A DNA stretch of 64,000 nucleotides from Antedon mediterranea (taxonomy: Eukaryota > Animalia > Echinodermata): contig NC_092674.1 of assembly GCF_964355755.1 (NCBI RefSeq), positions 6,634,001-6,698,000 on the forward strand, given 5' to 3'. Both the position numbers and the translations under genes were made by a program. The notes beneath the pieces were generated by a model that was not told where the DNA came from, did not search any database, and saw only the letters and a program-made list of their open reading frames with translations. This document shows, one piece after another, positions 53,181 through 64,000 of the stretch; the stretch's first letter is position 1; each line of letters starts with the position of its first letter.

Positions 53181-55560
53181 TTTACTAACACTATGGTACA
53201 GAACACTAAGTTTTAGCAATACAGACAAACAATTTAAATACACAAAATACACAATAATAAACCAAATAAGATCTAAATCTTCCCCGTCACTAAATATAAA
53301 ACTAAACATATCAAAATATGTTTGTGGATATTAAAGTATTTACTTGAGTGTGAGAATATACTGTAATTTAGATACCAACAAAAAAAAAGCCAACTGGATC
53401 TATTGTTATCTAGTGTAGTAGTACCGAGTTTACCTTGGCCTTTAAAAATAGTCAATTATCAACAGATATATCTATTGAATTCCTGAGTGTTTTGTTTTCA
53501 CATTATCAAAGTACACATTTTCTCCCGACTGTTGGTTTTCTAATAACTTGGTTTAAATCCGCAACACTTTTGTTCATCACACCTGTGTACCATACTTTCT
53601 TTCAAGTGTACTTGAATCCCATATGTAATCATTCAAAGTATGTAAATTTACTAATCTAAAATTGGTTTATATTTTAATTAAACACACTCTTAGGCCTACA
53701 CATATTCTAGAGTCACACAAACTACATAATTCTTTTACATTCTTTTTTTTTTCTCTAATAGTAATCGTATAAAAACTATAAGTATATAAACATATTTTTT
53801 ATATCTTATTTAAAAAACCACTTTGGCTTCATAATTTCTTCATTAAATTATGTAAATTTATTAAGTAAACATTCTCCCTATACTATGATCTATGTTATTT
53901 TGTCAGCACCTGCACACCATACTTGCCAAGTGTTTTTGCATCCCATATTTTCTACTTCCTGTTTGTACTGGACACATCCAGAATGTCATTTCTAGTATTC
54001 ACAAAGCCTAATGTGGACCTTGATTTAATAAAAACGGGAATTTAAATGTTTTCGGGAATCAGCGTGTTCTTAGGAATGGCAAGAAATAAATCATAGCATG
54101 GCCTTCCACCTACCTCATACAATAATTAACATTATTAGCTTGTAAACCCTTCTGGTATTTATCAAACACAAAAGGTTACATTTCCAAAACGGTGCAATCT
54201 GCATTATTTTAACACACACTCGGTTAAAACAAGGAGAAAAAAAAAGGAAAAATCAATTGGGCATATATCCTGAATTAAAGATTAAATACTAACAAAAATA
54301 AAACATTAAGTTATTCAATATTTGCTTTTATCGTTATTCTTTTTGGAAACAACATTTTTCAAAATGTCTTATCTATACAGGCCCCACTGGAAAAAGTTGG
54401 AAAAGGGAAACAAACTATTTATTTTACTTAATTTTTACAACAAAACATATAGATGCATAAACTCTCACTTTTAAACTAAAACCTCTATTAAATCTTTTTT
54501 TTTTTTTTTTTTTTTTGAATTCTTACCACATTCATAAAAATAGATCATTTCAATAGTAGGCCTAACATATTTTTTTTATAGACTTGCACGCTATTCTGGC
54601 TGGCTTTTAACCGATCAAAAATTAATCAAACATAACTACATCAAAAATATAAATCTTTCTGTGTAAATCACTAAAAATGCACATTTTAAAATAAAAATGT
54701 TAGTGTTAACCTCTTTATTTTTTATGGTGAGGTTTTGATAGCACATTTGCCTTTATAAAGACCTGGTTCCTTGTTCGAATTTTGAAACAAAAAGGAAAAA
54801 AAAATTAATTTTGTTTTAAACCTAATTTCTATAGCACCTTTTTCGTGTTCAACCTGATCCAAATTATTTTTATAGATAATTTTGTGTTTTTCAAAAATTA
54901 AATGTCAAATAGAACTTTGTATGTTATGAAATATTTAACTTAATTGATACACAATATTATAATGATATTTTCATAAATTTATAGGTTTTTCTCTTCTGTT
55001 CAGGGTTTGTCAACAACAACAAATTTTTTCAGGGGACAATATATCTTTAATTAAAAAGAAATTTGGGCATGAGGTATGTGTGGATATATGTATTTTATTG
55101 AAAATATTAATTTATTTATATCAAATACATCAGAGCTATATCATATCATAATAGTAATAATTTGTTTCACTCGATAGCATATTCTCAATAACCTATTTAA
55201 TCGGAAATATATAAGAGTGCATAAATTCAAGGCAAATCCACTTAAATAATTTATATTATTACAATAAATGTATGAGTATAGTGCTTTCTTTTTGTCCTTG
55301 ACTTGTAGCATACACCTTTATTACACATTTGGTAGAAAATTGTTAGTTTTACATCCGGAATTTTAAATTAGGTATTCCTCTCTCTAACCTACTATCCCTT
55401 ACCGTTGGTACATGGATTCAAAAGTATATCTGTAAACATCCCAGACTCTAGGTGGCTCACTTCAATAAAAGAATACATAATACACATCATAGTCAATAGA
55501 AATTGACTATGTACACAAAAATTTTAAGCGAAAAAATACTTCAATAAAGATTTAGCATAA

Positions 55561-55678
55561 AGCTCTGTCTACACTATCAAACTTTATGTGAAAAAAATGT
55601 GATGTGCCCATGGACACTACCATTTTATTTGGCCACATCACACTTTTGTCAAACTAGTTTGATAGTGTAGATAGAGCT
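55561..55678. mobile_element. Family A MITE
   Basis: taa|agctctgtctacactatcaaact...agtttgatagtgtagatagagct|tta. Confidence 0.9.
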
Positions 55679-57697
55679 TTAGAAATAAAGACACATTTTA
55701 AATAAATAACCCTTTTATGTTCAAAAGACATTCTATTCTCATCCAGTTGAGATATTTAAAAATTATTTTCACCATTTATGTATTATTTACAGACTTATAC
55801 CTACACTAGTAATTATTACTCCATGATCTAACCTACATTAAATATGAACTGAAAAGAATGTCATGTTATATGGGCGTACCAGCCACCGAGTTAAAAAAAA
55901 AATCATGAATAAGGCTATATATCATAAAACCAGGGAATGTCATTTAGAGTTTAAAAAGGTATGCTAAGTAATTGCTTCGTGAGCCTATGTATATGCATGA
56001 CTTGATGACTGAAGCAGTTAAGGTTTTCCCTCCGTCATCCATTTCTCGTGCACATCTACTTAATCAAGAAACGCAATATTTACTCTAATCTTTTTATGGT
56101 AAGTTTACCATCAATCTTGGCGTGTACAGACTTTCATAGACTCAATTATTCAAGCGTTTTCTCAATCAATTTAGCCATCAATCCATTCATTCATTTGTGA
56201 TTTTAAATTTCAAAAGGTATGTCCTACTTTGTAATAAATAGACGCAATTCAAAGCATCAACAAGTATACGAGAGAAATTTAAATTTTGATCTTAAGAATA
56301 AATGTTCTAGTTGCAGGTAATAATAATTGCGGTATACAGTACATTTAAATTTCTGATATTGCGTACATCTAAATTCCTAATATTGCGGCATAAATAATTC
56401 TGTAGTCAAACACTTCATATTTTTTTAAAGTCTTCTGAACATATTACAGAAATTATAGATATTTAGAAATTCAGACGTATTTCTCAAATTCAAAATAATA
56501 CTGTTAAATCTACACAAAAACAAGAAAATTAATAGAAATACCAATTTCACTATGACAATTAAATAATTCATTACAGTACTGTAGTATTGCATCAACATGT
56601 GATCATGTTTGAGGGTCCCTAATGATTAACTTATGCTGGATGGATCAGCCTCATTAAATATTGTTTTAAAAAAAACAATAACAAATAGAAAGAAAAAAAT
56701 GATCATACTATAATGCCCTTTTTTTACAAAATGTGCACTAAAGGCTCACAATCAACGGAATGGTCATATTTCAAATCAGCCAATCAGTATCTGTAGAATT
56801 CTATGTGGTTTGTTACAATTTGGTTTCATGACACAAATATGACTATGCGGCCATGCGGGACGTTACTGTACTGCACTTGGATGCAAAATACAGGGATAAA
56901 CTGCTGTAACAATTACAAGCATAACATACATTTTTTCTAAGGATATCTCAGCAGTAGCTACATCCTTTAAAGTCTTTATTTCCTTGGATTGTTAATTAAT
57001 TGTATTAACATCAAATTTACTATTGATCTTAATTTACTGATTTAAATCAGAGACTTAAAAATGGCATTGAAATAAGATTTTCAAAAATCCACAAAATATA
57101 ACAGTGCTGAAAGCTGTGACCTCCAATCCCAGGGGGAGGATGCACACCTGGTGGAACAGTCCCGGATCATGAATCAAATGATCAGAATTGATTATCAAAA
57201 ATGACATTAAGAATGTGAAAACACTTTTCACTGTATCATTATATTATTATTAAAGGTTTCCTTGTAAGCAGCTTAAATTTCAAGTTAAGGGATTTTAATT
57301 TTAAAACAAAGTACTAATGATTGTAGCGCATCCGTGAGCGATTTAAAGCAATTTATAGTCCATGTATTCTGTAATTGGCGTAATTACTTGCTAGATGTGT
57401 CGGTTCCTGTAAAAAAAAAAAAGATTCGCCACAACGCAACATAACTGATGCAACATAAGAAAATGTCTTTCCAACTATAGTGTTTAACCCACCCCACCAC
57501 CACCCACCCTTCCTAAAAGATCTAATCTACATTTTTCAAGAGACTATAATATGGTCAGTTTGCAACACTTTTGTGTCATCATGTTTACGTCATCGGTTTT
57601 CTTTTGTAGCACTTTGCGTTCATACGTTGAGTTTGCGGTGTCCTTGTGTTGTGTCCTAGTGGGCACAAAGCTTTCCTCATGTCAATGTGGCCATGAA

Positions 57698-57769
57698 TTC
57701 AAGATTCAAGATTCAAGAAATTTTAATTGTCCATAAAAATGGAAATTCACTTTGCTTGGTAGATTAAAA
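57698..57769 (-). mobile_element. LINE 3' terminus with a (TTGAATC)n tail
   Basis: Reverse complement of 47662-47724, with a longer ttgaatc-repeat tail. Confidence 0.7.
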
Positions 57770-59416
57770 CAACAATATTGCAACAATTTAAAAACGTGCA
57801 GTATTATAACAGATTAAAAATACAAGATAAAAAGTTAAAAGGTAGGTAGGTATCAAATCAATCAATTTTTTGGAAAATAAGTTTTTTATTTCTGGTTGTA
57901 ATTTAAATTGCAGAAATAATTTAATAGCATTTTCGGTAAAATACAAAAAAATGATCATAGAAGAAAATTAGGTTGATTGACGATCTCTTATACCCCTGAG
58001 GACCGTATATACCACTAGAATATCTCATCAATTGTATCACCTAACATTTAGGTTCATCTCCCCTTGGACCAATAAACAAACTTTAAGTGATATTGCTTTG
58101 CTTTTTGAACCAGTTTTTAATGCAATTAATATCGTTTCCTTGGCAACGTTCACAACAAAACACATAAAAAACTGTCTAAACAGGTAGTTTACATGTAAAT
58201 TCCATGTATGTGGTTGACCTTTGACATATACCACACCCGTGGTCTAACCCGAAGCATGTCAACAAGAAATACAAAATTATGTAATGTTTGAAATTATGCC
58301 AAGTCAGATTTTTCAGTTAAATTGATTGTTTTGATGAATATCTGACCAAAAAAACCCAACATTTTTAGGCACATGTTGTTGGCCGGTTCTTTCTTGAATC
58401 TACAGATAACATTTTTTTTTAATCTGCAAAGTTGCCGGGCACATCCCACAAGGACCGACATAAACCTGCAACCTCGCCAGGTTAATTCAGCCTTCCAAAG
58501 AATTGCTAAATCCAGACTGACACACCACTAAAACTTATTAAGAATGAATAATTCCCTCATGGACATCCTCGAAATGTCCACAATTTCTTGCACTCACTTC
58601 AAGTCAAACTTTGCACGCACGAAATTATACCACAACAAATACAGTAATTATACAATAAATTAAATTTTGAATGAATATTTACATGCTGACAGTCCAAAAT
58701 GATGATTTAAAAAATCAAAATTGGAATAATAAAAAAGAGGCTTGTCGACAAAGACATTGAACTGAACATGCTAACAGTGCCTCTTCTCTCCTTACAAAGA
58801 GAGATAAAATCTAGAGCTACCTGTAAATGGTAATTTCACTTTCTTTGTTCATTATTGTACATTTTGTAATGTTCAATAGAAACTTTAAAGCGTATTTTCG
58901 ATAATTGACATGCATTTGATTCTTTTTACATTACAAAATTGTATATTAATTGTGAATAAAGATTACTACCTATTAAGCTCACTAAAAGTAACCAATAAAA
59001 TTTCCTAACCGTAAATGCCTTTATTTGTTTGATAATTTTATTGCCATTACCTATACAATTGCAGGATACTAAGATATTAATAGGCTTTTTACAATACTTC
59101 CTTCTGTGGTTTTAAAATCAATAAAACTTTAAATAGAAAAAATTATATTATGGTTCAAACATTTACCATCTAGCGATTGGTTGAAAGAGCATCACATGAT
59201 TAAGGAAACATTATGCTATTTCAAAACGTTAGCACATTGGACACATAGTGAATACTGCACTAGTATACTGTAGATCGTATTTAGTATTTCTTGTAAAACT
59301 GTAGAGTGCGCTCATTACGTTTTTGTACTATACTGGAAGCAGTAGCACTAATTTAAACAAAATACATTGCCTGTTTCGGTTTCGGCTTAAAACTATGGGC
59401 CTCATGTCCCTCCAAC

Positions 59417-59628
59417 CAAGGCAACAGGAAGCTGAACTCCGGAGGTCAAATGGTTTATCTGTGGCTGCAACACAATCAATTCCACGCCCCTTAACAAACA
59501 CCATGCCGTGGAGACTATTATACATACAGTACATTACTGTTGGTATTTGTCGCAGCCAGACATAAGATCAAATGAATGCTACGAGTTCCTATCTTGGCAG
59601 GGCAAGCTCAGTGTCCTGTTGTTATATT
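59417..59628. mobile_element. Family F MITE
   Basis: caaggcaacaggaagctgaactccggaggtcaaatggtttatctgtggct...cctatcttggcagggcaagctcagtgtcctgttgtta, collinear with 26899-27138. Confidence 0.8.
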
Positions 59629-60383
59629 GGCATGCTTCAACATAGTAGTAGTAGGGTTACAATTTCCGGCATATATGCCCATGTAGTCTTAGGCAGAAAC
59701 TCAAACCAAAGTGTTTGTATTGTATTTGTATATACTGTATTAATTGGCAAGCTGTCAAGGAGCATCATCAAACTGGAATTTAAACTCCATAAATGACTCA
59801 AGTTTGAGTCAGAAAGTTCTTCGCGTGCAAAGCTAAATAATCATTCCAGATGGAATTGAGTAATTAGAACCGACTTAATGCATGTATTATTACTATCAAA
59901 TGTATACTTTCATCAGTATTGTTTTTCGATTATTTAGGGGAAAATTTATCATGCCATTAAAGATTTGTAAAGAGGATTTGTTTATTTTTTATTTGAAATT
60001 GAATTCATGAACCAAAACAACAATACAGTATTAGTACCAGTTACAGTTCAATTCTTGTGACAATTTTGGGAAAAAAATATCAAAAAGGCTATTCGCAAAC
60101 CTTTGTCAAATGTCATGGGAAGTGCCCATGGGATTATACCTAGTTAATTTAAATACAGTACATTGGAAATAGATTATTACACCACTAATGACCACGCCTA
60201 CACATATCATGGAGGATGCGACTAATTAACTAACAATTATTATATCCAATGATAAATATATCTCTGGAGAGTAAAGAATAAAAAAGTGGCACTGTAAAGT
60301 GGTTTGTTGCTTTGTTTTGCAAACTTGTATATATTGTATAATAGTTAATACCCTTTTCAAAGAGACTAGCAGTGTAAGTGTTA

Positions 60384-60504
60384 AGCTCTGTGCCCAAATA
60401 TGGTAGTGATATGCCCAAATATGATAGTGATCTGACATCATCATGTCCATATATGGACACATTGCATTTTTTGTCACAAAAAGTTTGATAGTGTAGACAG
60501 AGCC
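60384..60504. mobile_element. Family A MITE with a TTA target duplication
   Basis: TTA|agctctg...gtgtagacagagcc|TTA; internally deleted on the left. Confidence 0.85.
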
Positions 60505-61924
60505 TTATAAATAATAGGCCTGGCTGGATACAGGATTGCATTGAGAGAACATTCAGTACACCTATGTCAGAGTTGGACAAAACACCTGATCAATTACCGT
60601 AGCTCCCTAATACAAGGTACATTGTAATAACATATGATCATGGTAAGCTGGGTTTCCAATTCCAGGATCCTAGGTTCAAATCCTATAATTCTCAATTACT
60701 ACCACAGGGTCTTATCACACACAAAAGTGTCAAAAGCATTACAAGATTAGTATTCAGAAATTATATATGCCAGAAAAATGCTTTCAGTTGACAATGCATG
60801 TTAAAAGTCGTATGACATAAGTTATTCTTACGAACCACAATCATATTTAATAACAGATTACCTATTCTCTGAGGAACTCTTTATTTTTATTAATACAATA
60901 TACTTTTTTTACAATCAATCATAAAGGTGATGACGTAAATGACCCATTATTAGGATTTCATACGATTTATTGATAGTTAAACTTTTAAACTATTAGTGGG
61001 CTTGGTAATGCTAATGGTTTTATATCTAATAAAAGAGCAATACTGTATATTATAGTGCGCATGCCCCAACATACAACCACCACCACTGATCTCTCACTCT
61101 CGCAGCAGAGCATTTGGCTTGGTTAATTCAGGTAAACATATGCATGACATAGACCAAATGTTAGATACAGACACAATTGAAGACAGCGGCTATAGATGGA
61201 GACAATGGTATTACTTGTGACGAGTAAAACGACACATAAAGGAAATACGCCAAACGTCTTGCAGTTATAATACCATGCAACATTTTCTAAAATTCTTTAG
61301 TTCGCAATATGATAATAGTTTAATCCCCTCACATTAAAATACTTTGTCAATTAAACCAAGGTAAAGAATAACACTTTCTGCATCTTTTGAAAGTTCTACT
61401 TGCCCGAGGGGCAAGCAACCATGTATCTTCAAACCTCAAACAATGTATCTATTTCCTCACATACTGTGATTCTTTGCTTTACTGTAATATCTTACATATT
61501 TCTTTGAAGCACAGAGTAGGCCTTGAGATTCTTAGTGTTGGCTTTATTGAGTAAACTTTACTTTGGCTTTAGGCTGTAGCCAGCAGTACGGTTGGTAAGG
61601 TTTTAACCTGACCACTTTTTTAGTCTTTGACAACCACGTGGGATGCACAGGGGATTGTTCCCTTTTCTTGTGGCAACCGCACCACTTTAATTCCTGTGGC
61701 TACATCACTGTTTTAGAGTCCCTCAGCCTGCACTTTGTCTCTCACTAATAATTTTAAACCATTTAAACTTCTCTGTATCCTCTTAGTTGGAGTTTACATG
61801 AGTACAATAACTGGTACAATAACTGTTACAGTATAAGCAAGGTGACAGTTGATTTTCATTCCTCTCAAAGACTGTACAGACAAGGAGTGGCGACTTCTTG
61901 GTTTTTGGTATAATATAATATACT

Positions 61925-62090
61925 CAGAGGTGGATCCAGGATTTGAAATAGGGTGGGGGGGTGGTAGGTCCCAGGGCATAAAAATGGCATATTGTAGGTG
62001 CCAAACTGAAAATAGTGTCCTATCTTTTGCATTACAATTAGCAAAATTTAGTGGCCAAAAAATCCACCTATGGTACTAGGTGAATCCTGG
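61925..62090. mobile_element. Possible hAT-like MITE remnant
   Basis: Begins cagaggtggatccaggattt...ggggggg, a common terminus style of hAT-type MITEs; the second end is not clearly resolved. Confidence 0.35.
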
Positions 62091-62249
62091 AACAGTAGGC
62101 ACCCATTACTACTGTTAAATTGGTGGAGTCTACATTTTAACCAAAACACCAGGTGACTCATCACAAGCCATTTAGGATACATACACTATACCTCTGCATA
62201 TATCACACTAAAATGCAGTTTCCAAAAATAATTATGCCAATAAACAATA

Positions 62250-62366
62250 GTGTACCCCATCTTTGGGACATCCCTATTATTAATCTATTAAGGAGATATT
62301 ATTAAGGGCCACCCACATTAAGGGGACACTTTGGTCATGTAGGTTTCCCCCTAACAGGCTACAGTT
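62250..62366. mobile_element. Family B remnant
   Basis: ccccatctttgggacatccctatta...attaaggggacactttggtc...ccccctaacagg. Confidence 0.6.
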
Positions 62367-63271
62367 TTCTAGTTTTCACTGTGCTCCTTTAAATCCAAAA
62401 ATAATTTTTACGAAGTATCTTCCGTAACTACAAATGAAATACATTATCTGTTATTGAAGAGAATAAAAAAATTAAAATCAACGCCACACAGAGAGGTTCT
62501 GATCTAAACATGACTAACACAAGCTATAAATACTAACAATACAAATTGATGATTTACAGATAATGCAACAAAATAAAATATGGATAACAGATGTACAACG
62601 CTAATACGTGATGACGTCAATAAAAAAAAAATGTGACAAGTCTAGTCTTTGCGTGTATTGATTGACTGGCGGTTCGATATCTGAAGTAGAACGGATAAAC
62701 TCACTTACCGAAGATAAGTGTGGTAGATATAAAGGACAAGTGTAATGCGAGTAGACTTTGTCGTATTGTGTCTTAACACGGCTTAAAAGGAAAAACACAT
62801 GACATACAGAGAAGGAATGCGAAAAGACAGTAGGAGGAACCAGTTATTTTGACCCTGGATTAAAGGCTAATCTTTTAAAATAAATCTGATAATCCTTTGT
62901 GGATTAACAGTGCATTGGCACATGCAAATACCAGACTAACAACAATTCAAGTTTAATAGCTAGATAACAGTGATTTAATTGTTTGTTTATGAACAGTTAA
63001 AAACCTTTTAACGATTGTATCAAGATCATTAAATTAGACGAAGAGGATACTTATAAATAATCTTGATATTTCAAATAATTTTTGTATTGTTACGATATCA
63101 ATAAAGTCTTACTTCAGTTTTCGTTATGTAATTTTTTATTTTTTTTGAAAAGGCACTGCATGAAAGGGGGTTTGTTCAAACCATCATAAAACTCTCCCCA
63201 AAACCCCTCCTATGGGCCTGCATACATAGTCAAGATATTAATTGCCCTGAACAATTTTTGATGCAACATTG

Positions 63272-63670
63272 TTTTCAATTTCAATTAATGAATATTTATA
63301 ATAACCAATATATATCATATTCATATTGTCATGCTGTTATACTATTCCATACCTTTACATCATCAAAAACACTAATATAATAATTACGGTTTTTAGTAAT
63401 GGATATGACATCAGTCATTTTAAAAAATTGCAATTATTGAATATTTATGAATATATTTATGAATATATATAATATAATAATTACGGTTTTTTAGTAATGG
63501 ATTGTCACCAGTTTTTTTTTTATTTCAATTAATGAATATTTATAACCAATATATATATATATATATATAACTTTTATACTCTCGTACTGTTGTACTATTC
63601 TATACCATTACATCATCAAAAACACTAATATAATAATTACGGCTTTTTAGTATGGATACGTCACCAGTCG
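63272..63670 (+). repeat. Local duplication at ~250-bp spacing with a partial third copy
   Basis: atttcaattaatgaatatttataa...tacatcatcaaaaacactaatataataattacgg.ttttagta twice. Confidence 0.85.
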
Positions 63671-64000
63671 TTCGCATACCACCTACGCATCTATTAATAG
63701 CATCCTTCAACAATACATTAACCTCATATTGGCCTCCATATGCTTTAACAGTTTTAATCATCAATCATGACAATTTATATTTATTCATTTAATATGAACA
63801 AACAACACCCCCACTTGTGTACTTTTTAATGTTTTTTACATAGATTTTTAAGTAAATTACGAGATGAGCTTAGTGGTGCGCTAAAAGCAGTAGCGGTGAT
63901 AATAATACGAATCATTTATATCGCAGATATTGTGAAACAAATGTACTTTGATGCATGTCAGCGATTCGTGGACATTTGTTTTCCAATTATAGGTCAATAA

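Noticed and set aside
52717-53334. GVAYH / MVSNS repeat proteins
   Set aside because: A 15-bp minisatellite open in several frames, with no synonymous-type variation pointing to one frame.
60608-60629. taata|caaggtacattg|taata micro-palindrome
   Set aside because: Only a 5-bp AT-rich direct repeat and a 12-bp insert; compatible with chance.
63014-63072. caagat...atcttg 45-bp mini inverted repeat as another P-type footprint
   Set aside because: The flanking 7-mers (attgtat / atatttc) do not match, and the arms are too short to exclude chance.

Overview
This is AT-rich (roughly one-third GC, estimated by eye) eukaryotic non-coding DNA, most likely intergenic or deep-intronic sequence from a marine invertebrate; an echinoderm-like origin is an inference from the repeat styles only. 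I found no credible protein-coding gene, rRNA, intact tRNA or CRISPR array, and all long ORFs in the supplied track are read-throughs of tandem repeats. The window is a mosaic of short non-autonomous DNA transposons: two PIF/Harbinger-like MITE families (A, 11 copies; C, about 10), a CAGT-ended TA-flanked Tc1/pogo-like family (B), a TTAA-flanked Kolobok-like family (G), a P-superfamily-like family with approximate 7-bp target duplications (F) and one 734-bp TIR element with a clean 3-bp TSD. It also holds tRNA-derived SINEs, LINE 3' tails and more than ten minisatellites. The most interesting signals are: (1) at least 25 exact copies of the palindrome TAGGCCTA, where fewer than one is expected, plus frequent TAGGCTA/TAGCCTA and TACWGTA; (2) 20-38-bp palindromes between 7-bp direct repeats that look like P-type excision footprints, one matching the terminus of family F; (3) satellites that grew from the 17-bp subterminal motif of family B, one with a 17/51/~620-bp hierarchy; (4) repeated nesting of elements into family B and of family C into itself. 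All counts and coordinates were read by eye, and superfamily labels rest on TIR/TSD signatures, not database searches.
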